64,000 nucleotides of DNA from an uncultured Gammaproteobacteria bacterium. Lineage in GTDB: Bacteria > Pseudomonadota > Gammaproteobacteria > JAADHQ01. The position numbers and the translations under genes were made by a program. The notes below the pieces were generated by a model. That model had not been told where the DNA came from. It did no database searches and worked only from the letters and a program-made list of their open reading frames with translations. Shown here in pieces: positions 42,701-52,818 of the stretch. The stretch lies in contig CAWECS010000016.1 in the NCBI GenBank assembly GCA_963807455.1, positions 146,682 through 210,681 on the forward strand, given 5' to 3'. The first letter of the stretch is position 1. The number at the start of each line of letters is the position of its first letter.

Positions 42701-42979
42701 TACCTGGAAGTTTGGGTCAGAACACGATTGCTTCTGTCATTAGAAGCAAAGAGTTCTGATCCAAATAGTACTAATAGTTGTTGTGACGGGATGTCAGGCA
42801 ATCATTGAAAGCAGCAGCACTGTAACCAAAGGTTATTCAGCCGTCGACTAGTTATATATTCAAGGACATAGCCTTTTGTCCATGTCGGAGACTATTTTTA
42901 TTTTTTCTATGTTAACTTAATACCATTCCATACTAATTTGATTATTTATAAACAGGTATGGATACAGTCAATAAAAGAA

Positions 42980-45044
42980 TCACATCTTCTTCGGTACAAA
43001 GAAAAATTCTCCTAGTCCGCCACCGTGTTTGACTGGAGCATATCGTGGAATTTGCTCAATATTATATTGGGCTGCAGTATTCTGTACATTGTCCGTGATT
43101 TGTTGATAGAGACGATAACCTTCGATGATTGACTGGTTTTTGTCGAGAGCGTCCAGAAAGGCACGTGCGAATACTGAATGATCTGCCGCCCCCAGCATCC
43201 AGAACAGGCTTGATACCACCGGATGTCATGACGATTCTGGCTCGAGTCTTGGACATGACCTTTATCCATCTGGCACGATGCTGAACATCATTCACACCGA
43301 GGCTCATACGGGTTTGTGCTGTACTGCTCATGGTGCCGGAGTAACAGGAATCAGCTATCACCAGGATATGCTTTGATTTAATGACATTGAGCATGTCAGT
43401 GATATCCAGATTAGATATCCAGTTTGCTGTATTTTCATTTTCAGCATCAACTGGCAACCAGTAACCACGCTGATTTTGTTGGTTGATTTCTCCATGTCCT
43501 GCATAGTAGATCAGTAAATTATCATTACTGGTTAGTTTGGAACTCAATTCATTTAACGCTGTTAATATACTATAGCGATCAGCATTCAGGATTAACTTGG
43601 TTTTGAAACCGTATTTATTACGGAGTATAGATTCAGTTTGTTTGGCATCATTGACGGCTGTTTTCAATGCAGGAAAATGTTGATAACGATTATTGCCAAT
43701 AATCAGTGCATGGTAATTACCAAAGGGTATTGATTGTATATCCTCATGCTCTGAAGGCGTTGACATGATTGTTTTTGTCGCTGGTGTTAGCGTATTAGTG
43801 GCAGCTTCGATGGCAAAGGCCAGACGAGCAACCCGTCCGCCTTTATCCACGGCAACCATCTTTACTTTGGTGGTCTGATTGCTTGCGTTCAGTGCGAGCT
43901 CAAATTTACCAGTGCTATTGATTTTGTGTTTTTGCCCATTGACGGTAAAACCGAGTATGCCGGCGGGCGCAGTGACGCGTCCAACAATATTATAGCGTTG
44001 TTGGTTGACCGGTAATTTGATTGTTGGCAGGCCTCGGGTCAGGATCAAAGGGTGCTGCAGAATGTTAATAGATGGGCCAGCCAGTTTCGTCAGATCATTG
44101 CTGACATTGGCGCTGGCTAAAAGTATTTTTTCGCTCAGTTGACTCTGGTTTTTGTTGAAATCATTTTGTAAGTCAGAAATAACATTTTGTTGTTGTGCAA
44201 TATTAGTCTTCAGATTCTGAATTTCGCGCTCATATGATAGAGTTTTTTCGTCAGTCGTGGTTTCAATAGCGAGGTATTGCTGGTTTTTTACCTGTAATTG
44301 CTTAAGCCGTTTAAGCGTTAAAGCCAATTGTTTTTTTCTATGTTGCAGCTGCCCATCAGTGCGAGAGAGTTTTTTGCGCAGGATATTAGTCTGTTGCTTG
44401 CTTGTCGCCACTTCACGCTGTAGTTTTTTCACTTCCTCCTGAGTAGAAGCGGCAATCGCGATATCGATGGATGATGCAAATTTTAGATCATTGTTGGTCA
44501 GTCCCGAGGCTTTGCGGTACCAGTTGATGGCTTTAACCAGATCTTTTTCTACGCCAAGTCCCTTTTCATAAAGGTAACCGAGATTGATTTCTGCTTTGTC
44601 ATTTCCAGACGCAGCAGCTTTTTCATACCAGAGGCGCGCCAGTTCATAATCGGGCGTAATACCCAGTCCTTTTTCATATATTTCACCGACATTAACCTGG
44701 GCATCGGCATTACCCTGTTTGGCCATTTCGAGCCAGACTTTCAAAGAGGTGCGGTAATCGGCGCGATTATAGGCAGTATATTCACCACCCCGAATCTCGC
44801 AATTGATAGCGCTGGTTCTGAGAGGGCGCCTGGCTGTCAGATAGCTTAACTGACCGCCCAGTTGGCGTACGACACCAGGTAGCAGACAATCGACAATAAA
44901 TAGTTTGTCGATATCTTTACGCGCCACCTGGGCGTGTTGCAAAGATTCATCCTGGATTTTTGGGCTGGTCGTGCCGATCGATTGGCAACCTGACAAAAGA
45001 GTCATCATCAGTGCAGCAAGAAAATACAAATTCCGTTTTATCAT
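42980..45044 (-). pseudogene. Sel1-repeat lipoprotein with coiled-coil region and C-terminal caspase (peptidase C14/CHAT-like) domain, with an apparent frameshift in a G5/C5 homopolymer near 43,189-43,193
   Basis: Lipobox LLSGC. Sel1 repeats (AQVNVGEIYEKGLGITPDY..., AEINLGYLYEKGLGVEKD...), a roughly 150-aa Q/K-rich coiled coil and a caspase His/Cys dyad (YYAGHG ... ADSCYSGT). The conserved HetF-type tail (...SGGIKPVLDAGG | HSVFARAFLDAL...) continues in the overlapping ORF 42980-43219 in another frame. Confidence 0.7.
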
Positions 45045-45271
45045 GTGTTAACCTTATTGAGTGCAAGCACACATCCCTGTTGGTTGTGCTCAACATTGTT
45101 CAGACTGGCCTACAGGATACTTAGTGATGCTGATGTAATCAATAGCACGCTTTATAGCTTGCCCGTGTGCCATGTTAATAGTCGAAATAAATCATTGTTT
45201 ATGAAAAACATTTTATTGTGTAGGAAAATGCTTACATAAAAATCAGCACAATAACAGTCTAGAATCGTTCC

Positions 45272-46090
45272 ATGAAGATGAAAAAAAATCTTTTATCCCA
45301 TTTATTATATTGCCTGCCAGTTTTTTTTCTGGTCGCTTGTTCGCATATTTCACCCGCGCATTACCACAGGGAAGTTGAACGTCAAGGTCTGGAACGGCAT
45401 ATCATCCAGACAGGTATTTTCCCGCTGGTCTATTACCGCAGGCCCAATGAGAAAATGAGTGATACATTGCACGTCTATATCGGTGGCGATGGAGTTCCCT
45501 GGCAAAGCCATATTTTTAAGTCTGAAGATCCCGGGCCCTATCATCCACTGGTCTTGCAACTGATGCAGCAAGATAAACAACCCAGTATTTATTTGGGTCG
45601 TCCCTGTTATCAAGGTTTGGCGAGAGTGCCTCCTTGTCAACCCGAACACTGGACTTCGGCCAGATTTTCCACAGAAGTGGTGAATAGTATGTCCACTGCA
45701 TTGAAGCAACTGCTGCAACAATATCAATATAAAAAACTGGCACTATTCGGTTACAGTGGCGGAGGTGCCCTGGCTGTACTACTGGCGCATGAATTACCTC
45801 AGACTCAGCTGGTGGTAACTATTGCCGGCAATCTGGACACTGACGCATGGACTTCCTATCATTATTATTCTGCAATGACGGCATCGATGAATCCCGCAAA
45901 GCAAGATGCATTGCCCGCCACGGTCAGACAAATTCATCTCCAGGGTGACCGGGATATGAATATTCCTCCACGATTGTCAGCCAATTATATAAAGAAACAG
46001 AATGACGTCACCGTGCTAAGTTTTGCCGACGCCGACCATACCTGTTGTTGGCATTTATATTGGTCTGAGTTGCTATCTGATCTTGAATAA
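45272..46090 (+). CDS. Alpha/beta-hydrolase-fold lipoprotein, hypothetical esterase/lipase
   Basis: 272 aa. Lipobox LVAC. Nucleophile elbow GYSGGG and a C-terminal Asp/His (ADADHTC) consistent with a Ser-Asp-His triad. Confidence 0.55.
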   Translation: MKMKKNLLSHLLYCLPVFFLVACSHISPAHYHREVERQGLERHIIQTGIFPLVYYRRPNEKMSDTLHVYIGGDGVPWQSHIFKSEDPGPYHPLVLQLMQQDKQPSIYLGRPCYQGLARVPPCQPEHWTSARFSTEVVNSMSTALKQLLQQYQYKKLALFGYSGGGALAVLLAHELPQTQLVVTIAGNLDTDAWTSYHYYSAMTASMNPAKQDALPATVRQIHLQGDRDMNIPPRLSANYIKKQNDVTVLSFADADHTCCWHLYWSELLSDLE

Positions 46091-46258
46091 GGCTTATATA
46101 ATGAAAGAATAATGAAACAGGGGTGGTAATTATGATCAAATATCGTTAGAATGTATTTACCACTGGCGCACTAGCCAGACTGCCAAGGAATCTGTGTTGT
46201 ACAGGTATTCGGCAGAGACAATATTAATATACTGACTCGATACATGGAGGTATTCGTT

Positions 46259-47747
46259 ATGAAAAAGCATTATCTTGTACGCTGTAATTTCCCTTTTATT
46301 CAAATCATCTCTTTATCCCGGGCATGTTTGCATGTCAGCCTGGCAAGCATTTTTGTGTTCAGCCTGAGTATGATGGCTTCCACTGCGAGCCACGCGCTAA
46401 CGCCAACACAGCAAGCCGTGATGAATTATTTCACTAATCCCAGTCTCTGTAGGCCAGTCACCCTGGAAGAAGATGCAGAAGAACCCATCGACGAGAAAAA
46501 GAAAGGTGAGTTATCCGGCTTTGGCACATCAAACAAGATATTTAGATCCGAATTTCCTGATCCACTCGCAGTGACTGATGGCGCTTATGAATGCAGTAAT
46601 CTTAGAACGGCTGATGGTGAAATTCATTTTCAGGCAGGCATCGAACGACTGCTGAATAGCCCCGAGTCTCTTAACCTTGAAGAAGTACTGCTAGGATTGG
46701 CATTTGAGGAAGTGATTACCATGGGCACCTTGAATGTGGAAATAAACGGTGCACATATGGCTAATTTGAATGCACATGTCGATGATCTGCATCAAGGTAG
46801 TATTGGTATGAGACATCCATCGGTATCTGCCAAAGATTTATCCCAGAGCAAACAGACCGGTGGTGGTGCATCTTCAAGTGGCAGCGATAACAACAAAATC
46901 GGTTTCTTTTTTAATACCAGGGTTGATACGGGTGATAAGGATGTCTCTCCACAAGAGACGGGTTTTGACTTCGATGCCTACGGCATTACTGGCGGCATGG
47001 ATGTGCGCGTGAATAATAATCTGGTGGTCGGTTTTGCAGCGGGGTATGGTAATACACAGGCCGATTACACTTCATCTATCGGTAGTATGGAAATGGATGG
47101 ATACAGTCTGTCAGCTTTTGGCACGCTCTACAAGAAAGACAAATATTTTCTTGATGCCATCGTTAACTATACACGAAATGAATTTGAATCCAGCAGAACT
47201 TTTGTGACACCTAATAATATAACGCAAACAGCACTGGGTGAAACTGACGGTGACACGTTGACCATCGGCCTGGGTATGGGTTATGAGGAACATATCAAAG
47301 ACGTAACGTTTGGCCCATTTATACGCTTGAATTATACCAAGGTCGATATAGATGCTTTTTCTGAAACAGGTGCGGGCCTTGTCAGTTTACAGATTGATGA
47401 ACAACAATTGAAATCTTTTGAAGGTGTCGTCGGCTTCCAGGCAAGCAAGATTATTAGTCGACCATGGGGTGTATTGATTCCTCAGTTCAGATTGGAGCTT
47501 GTACATGAATTTAAAAATGAAAGTCGCATAATCAATGCTCGTTTCCAGGGCGCTGTCAATAATGGCATCACTACCAATATGTTGATCCCTACGGATATGA
47601 CCTGACCTTAATTACTTCAATCTGGCGCTGGCAACATCAGCACAGTTTAGCCATGGCCGCACTGCCTTTGTTCAGTATACTGGATTGTTGGGCCAACAAG
47701 ATGTGAGTGAGCACGCAATAGAGCTAGGCGTACGCTGGAATTATTAA
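46259..47747 (+). pseudogene. Small autotransporter (short passenger plus beta-barrel translocator domain), with an apparent 1-nt frameshift near 47,600
   Basis: Signal peptide, a roughly 200-aa passenger and a typical autotransporter beta-domain (..YSLSAFGTLY.., ..TIGLGMGYEE..). The ORF stops at 47605, but the canonical C-terminus (...YTGLLGQQDVSEHAIELGVRWNY*) is encoded in the +1 frame from 47601 to 47747. Confidence 0.65.
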
Positions 47748-47752
47748 TCTAC

Positions 47753-49168
47753 CTATTTGAGGTGCTCCAGTAATTTCAGGAGTGCCTCATGTCTAGGGCT
47801 GATACTCAAACCTTCCTCTACCAGGTTCAAGGCAGTCTGGTTGTTACCATTATCGATATATCCATTTGCCAGGCGTACGTAGACATCTGCAATTCTACTC
47901 AGACCAGACAACGCTTGAGGATTAGCAGGGTGGATTTCCAGGATCTGTTGATAGGCAGACAATGCATTGCTACCAGCAGGTTCAGTGTAACGCTGCACCA
48001 TCATGTGCGCATCCGCAATTTCCAGCAACGAAATTATTTTTTCCTGATCTGACGGGCTAAGTGTTTCAAAAGGAGTGGCGACGACGATATCAATACTCTG
48101 TTTATTGACATTCTGCACTAAGTAAAAAGTAAGCATTCCCAGTATGATCAGGGTACTGAAAATAGGCAAGGCCCAAAAACGAAAAGCTTCACCGGTAGAT
48201 CCAGGAATGAAATCATTTATAAATGCCTGGACACTGTCCGGGCGTTCTTCGCGTTTTGTGGACAGGCTTTTCGACAGTATTTTCCATTGTTTTCGTTTCA
48301 GTCCATCAATAGGCGTAGGCTGAATTCCCTGTTCGCTCGCCTGTGTGCAGGTCTTTCTATTAAATGGATGCTTACCCGTTAATAGTTCATAAGCTATGAT
48401 GGCGAGCGCGAAGACATCATCACGCGGTTCAGGTATTTCACCTTCCAGCATCTCACAACTGGCGTAACCAGGTGTTACTGCTCGCCGGGTGCCCTTGTTA
48501 AGAGACTCATGTACTTCGTGCATTTCATTCACCAGAAAAGCCCTGGCGATGCCGAAATCCAATACCTTGACTATGTTCTCATTGGTAATGAAAATATTGG
48601 CCGGTTTTAAGTCGCAATGGATGATATTCTTGCTGTGTGCGTAGATCAGTGCTTTGCCAACACTTTTAATGATGCTAAATGCTTCATTTCGCGGCATGAC
48701 AACGAGCTGGTCCTTCTTATAAATCTTATCGGATAACGCCTGACCCTTGAGATATTCCATGGTCATCATGAAAATATCACCGTCACGATCAAAGTCATGT
48801 ACGTTGACAATGTTTGGGTGGGAAAGCATCTGCGTTTTGCGTGTTTCCCGTTGCAGGTTAATAAAGTCTTTTTTAGGCGTTTTGCTGCCAGGTTTTAGCA
48901 GCTTGATAGCGACATAGGGGTCGGTATCCATGGCCTCAATCTTTCTCAGATCACGTGCCTTATAGACCACGCCCATGCCACCTTTAGCAATGATGGCATC
49001 GAGAATAAAACGGTCTTTCAGGGTCTTTTGTATAGGACGAGCTGAAGCGGGAGAGGACTTGGATGAAGCAGAAGCGTTGGAAGACGTTTGCCGGCGATGA
49101 TCATCTTTATCTTCAAGTAGATGAGTGACATCGTTGGATGCATCGTTTTTGTTATCCCCTGTTGACAT
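47753..49168 (-). CDS. Hanks-type serine/threonine protein kinase with one TM helix and a C-terminal TPR-like extracytoplasmic domain
   Basis: 471 aa. Kinase subdomains I (GKGGMGVVYKARD), VIb (HCDLKPANI) and VII (DFGIA). A hydrophobic segment (ALPIFSTLIILGMLTFYLV) is followed by a helical repeat tail. Convergent with the autotransporter, with 5 bp between the stops. Confidence 0.85.
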   Translation of the reverse strand: MSTGDNKNDASNDVTHLLEDKDDHRRQTSSNASASSKSSPASARPIQKTLKDRFILDAIIAKGGMGVVYKARDLRKIEAMDTDPYVAIKLLKPGSKTPKKDFINLQRETRKTQMLSHPNIVNVHDFDRDGDIFMMTMEYLKGQALSDKIYKKDQLVVMPRNEAFSIIKSVGKALIYAHSKNIIHCDLKPANIFITNENIVKVLDFGIARAFLVNEMHEVHESLNKGTRRAVTPGYASCEMLEGEIPEPRDDVFALAIIAYELLTGKHPFNRKTCTQASEQGIQPTPIDGLKRKQWKILSKSLSTKREERPDSVQAFINDFIPGSTGEAFRFWALPIFSTLIILGMLTFYLVQNVNKQSIDIVVATPFETLSPSDQEKIISLLEIADAHMMVQRYTEPAGSNALSAYQQILEIHPANPQALSGLSRIADVYVRLANGYIDNGNNQTALNLVEEGLSISPRHEALLKLLEHLK

Positions 49169-49434
49169 TGAGCACCTTACTGCTAATTATTTTTTGCGTG
49201 CATATCATTACCTATCGGCTGTGGCTAGTCTAGCAGAACCCGGGTATCTAGTGCTAATGACAGGCAGTCTGTTATCTGCGCTAGCGTACTCATTATTTTT
49301 ATTAGTTCTTTTTGCGTGCAGACATATAAGTTGTTGAAAAATGAATTAATTATAAAAAAGACAGGTACTTAATGGTGTAACTATGCTGAGATGTTATACA
49401 GACCTATGCGTCAAATGTTTTCTGATGCTGCATA

Positions 49435-50139
49435 TTAAATTCTACCGTGTAAATATGCTTGTCTGCGTGTTGGGCTGAATTTTTCGATTGCGTATCTCAA
49501 CATGGTTCTCGGCATTTGTTTGTAATACAGTCTTAAAAAGTATTCTTCAATATCATTATCGCGATTGCCGATTTCCCTGAGCATCCAGCCAGCCGCTTTA
49601 TGGATCAGGTCTTCCTGATCATTTAGTAATAATTTGGATAGTTTCATCGCATCGGTGTACTGCTCATTTTTTATAAAATAAAAGCAGGACATAATAGCAA
49701 TGCGGCGATCCCATAATCGATTTGATTGAACAAGTTCATATAAAATCGTGCGCTCCTTGTCGAATAAATAAGCGCCAATGATATTCGGCGCCGAGCTATC
49801 AACAAGATCCCAGTTGTTTATATATTGGGTATGTTTTAAATAAAGATTAAAGATCTTCTCCTGTTTTTTATTGTCAGCGTTTTTGAATTGCTGTACTAAT
49901 AATAGTAAAGCAAATAATCTGATTTCATGATATTCAGATTTGAGCAGTGTCTTTACTTTTGTCAAAGAAGTATCCTGGTATAAGCCGACTGTTTTTCTTA
50001 ACACTGGAACTCGAATGCCAAGAAACTTGTCGCCGTATCCATATTCCCCTTCGCCTGTTTTAAAAAAGCGTTGAGAATGTGCGGCGACTTTTTTATTTGC
50101 CAACTTAAGTAAATATTTATTGATATCCATTTGGGCCAT
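49435..50139 (-). CDS. DNA alkylation repair protein (AlkD/AlkC-like HEAT-repeat glycosylase family)
   Basis: 234 aa all-helical protein. Length and the motifs (..WDLVDSSAPNIIG.., ..WDRRIAI..) match the DNA_alkylation (PF08713) family. Confidence 0.75.
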   Translation of the reverse strand: MAQMDINKYLLKLANKKVAAHSQRFFKTGEGEYGYGDKFLGIRVPVLRKTVGLYQDTSLTKVKTLLKSEYHEIRLFALLLLVQQFKNADNKKQEKIFNLYLKHTQYINNWDLVDSSAPNIIGAYLFDKERTILYELVQSNRLWDRRIAIMSCFYFIKNEQYTDAMKLSKLLLNDQEDLIHKAAGWMLREIGNRDNDIEEYFLRLYYKQMPRTMLRYAIEKFSPTRRQAYLHGRI

Positions 50140-51071
50140 TTTCTAGTCTGTTATGTCGTTATATGTTTGAAATGGCGAAGGATTAATGATGATTACACGT
50201 TTTTCATCTTATAACAAAGCATGCGACATCAAATCATCATAACTGCTGTTCGCGGATATAACCGACAATGCCTCGTTTGCAGTAGGCTCACTATTTTTTT
50301 GTAACATTTCCCAGGATAATTTGGCATATCAGGTATATAGACGCCATGCTCAAACTCTAAAATCCCGATGATTAATTTATCAGAGAATCAATTTCGCGTC
50401 TCTTTTAGATATCATAGGCCATATACATGGGTAATTTCACCTTTAGCATGGAGCCATTTTGCTGGAGAGGGCAAAGATAGCATTGCGCTATTTTCGATGC
50501 GCGCGCTTAATTTTTTGTTGTATTTTATATACATACCTTACTCAAGCCAGATTTCATACTATATATTTATGATAGAAGTTTTATAATTATCAGTAGCTGA
50601 AAATTTTGCCAATTAGCAGGCAAACCATTAAAGTTAATGTGCTGGCTAGACATAAGTAATAATAAAGCCAATTCTGATGGCATTGCATCTACAGATATAA
50701 TGGAATAATAAACCACGTGTGTTCTTCATGCTGAGAATTACTTTGTCTACCTATGGGGATGGAGTGAATCAAGGTGGTAACCACAACGAGCGCGCGACTT
50801 GTCAATGATTGTTGATGCAATGTGGTTATCCATAATTAGAGTGTTATGTAACTGCTTATTCTCAATAAATTATGATGGACAGAAATACATTGACTGATCC
50901 TCCAGGCAATCACGATACATTGGCTGCTCAAGTTCTTGCTGAGCAAGTTCAGCTAGCTTGCCGCCAGCAGCCTATCAATGTGATGGGCAGTAGAAAAGGG
51001 TCGGTGTCAAACGATAATGCAAAAAATTCTCAATTGTCACCGACCCTTTTCACCGTTTTTTAATACCTTGT

Positions 51072-51563
51072 TTATTTTTTCTCGTGTTTATGTTCTGGAT
51101 AGTAAGGCGACAAAGATTCAATGCTTGCTTTTAGCGTATTCGCAAATTTTCCATCAGCATTTTGTTTAGCCTTCATCGCTGCAACAATGACTGCATGGTG
51201 ATTTTTCAAACGATCCGCATAATCTTTTTGACTTGGTTTGACTCGCTGTGTCAGAAAATAGTCACTAATTGTCGATATGATCTTCTGCGCATGATTTTCT
51301 TTATTCATTACCCAGCGAACTAATTGGTTTTGTGATTGAGCATCGGACTTGCCTGATAATTCTGCAATCAATTTAGTTGACTTTATAACGGTATCAGCAT
51401 CTTCAAGCATTTGTTGAACACGTGCATGGTCATCATAAATGCCGCAGGGAATCTGGCAATGAGCATGCGCTGTTTGCAGTAACAGTAAATTAGATCCAAC
51501 TATAGTTAAACTTATTATCCACAATATTTCTTTCAGTTTTTTCATGACTATCTCCTTCGCCAT
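51072..51563 (-). CDS. sodN: Nickel-containing superoxide dismutase precursor with Sec-type signal peptide
   Basis: 163 aa. A cleavable signal peptide ends ...LQTAHA, immediately followed by the Ni-hook HCQIPCGIYDD (consensus HCDLPCGVYDP). The rest is a roughly 115-aa four-helix bundle typical of NiSOD. Confidence 0.8.
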   Translation of the reverse strand: MAKEIVMKKLKEILWIISLTIVGSNLLLLQTAHAHCQIPCGIYDDHARVQQMLEDADTVIKSTKLIAELSGKSDAQSQNQLVRWVMNKENHAQKIISTISDYFLTQRVKPSQKDYADRLKNHHAVIVAAMKAKQNADGKFANTLKASIESLSPYYPEHKHEKK

Positions 51564-51879
51564 TTTATTTAATATTAACTAGCATCCTGTAATAGATTTG
51601 AATCATAGTACTAAACTAGACAAAATAATAACAAAATTAGCTGTTTAAATGGATAATTATTATTTAATTGAGGCGCTAAAATAAAGCGTATCCTATGGTT
51701 TTATCTAATGGATTATTAGTATAGGTTAATGATGTTAATATAATTTAAACATTGAAATATAAATATCTATAGGCAAATATATTTATTTCATTTTATTGTA
51801 TAAATATACAGTCTTCACTCTCATCGCGCTGTTAATGTTTATCAATAGCTTGTTTAGGTCCTGTTATTTGAGTGTCAAT

Positions 51880-52398
51880 CTATTCCGCTCCAAACTCAAT
51901 AGCTTCGCGTACCGCCTCGATGCCTGCCAAGGCACAAGCATGATCAATATCACCAGGTATTTTTTCACGTGGTGCGCCTGAGACCCCCACTGCACCATAC
52001 ATATAGCCACCCAGTTTAACCGGTACACCACCGCCCACCAGTGATAACTTCGGCGTGCCTTTCAGAAAAGCTAATCGTTGAGTCAAGTCAATAGTCGCAC
52101 CTTGAAAAGTGGCAGCTGTATAGGCCTTGTATTTGGCTATCGTAATCGTATGTGCGCCGGCCAGTGGGTCCCGTGCAAAGGCCTGTAAATTACCATAACG
52201 ATCAACAACGGCGACGGATATCTGGTAGCCTTTTTTCTTGCAGGCGAGCTCCGTTGCTGATGCTATTTTTATCGCAATAGCTGCTGTTAAAAAACGCGCA
52301 CTGACAAACGGAGCTACTTCATCTTTAGCCGAGACTGGCTGCAGGCTACTGACAGAATATAATAATACGCCTAGGGTGGTCGTCAAAGTATTGCGCAT
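51880..52398 (-). CDS. GlcG/HbpS-like (DUF336) heme-binding/degrading family protein, secreted
   Basis: 172 aa with signal peptide and the DUF336 glycine-rich signature (LVGGGVPVKLGGYMYGAVGVSGAP). Confidence 0.7.
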   Translation of the reverse strand: MRNTLTTTLGVLLYSVSSLQPVSAKDEVAPFVSARFLTAAIAIKIASATELACKKKGYQISVAVVDRYGNLQAFARDPLAGAHTITIAKYKAYTAATFQGATIDLTQRLAFLKGTPKLSLVGGGVPVKLGGYMYGAVGVSGAPREKIPGDIDHACALAGIEAVREAIEFGAE

Positions 52399-52818
52399 TT
52401 TTCCTCCACTTAATATAGTTTGAAATTATATAGTAATGTCCAGCTCTGTTAGCTTACTCTTTCATCTGTTACAACTCATATATTATTAACAATAATAATG
52501 AGGCATATCTTATAGAAAAACCTATAATTCAGGTCAAGATAAAAATACTTTCTAATATTATATATAACTCAGTATAGGTTGTAGCAACTTTTTGTTACCT
52601 GGCACATCGCAGAAGTGGTTTATGAAAATAGTGTGCTGCGAAAGTGAAATTAATTAAAGATTGGCAGTTATGAGCAATGCATGCATTTTACCGATGAAAT
52701 CTTTAATATTGTATTAAAGCACCACTGGGTAAGACAGACACGAGCCCTCGTTAGTACGGGCTATGCACTATATTGATTAAACGGCTCGAAACAAAAAACT
52801 GACTTGAATAAAACAAGG

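Noticed and set aside
50872-51063. 63-aa plus-strand ORF in the alkD-sodN spacer
   Set aside because: No RBS-like context, an unremarkable composition, and it overlaps the hairpin and T-tract. More likely non-coding.
52440-52640. Possible sigma-54 promoter (TGGCAC at about 52,596) upstream region
   Set aside because: The -24 GG element is present (cctGGCACatcgc), but no TTGC(A/T) -12 element follows at the right spacing. I treat it as a chance match.
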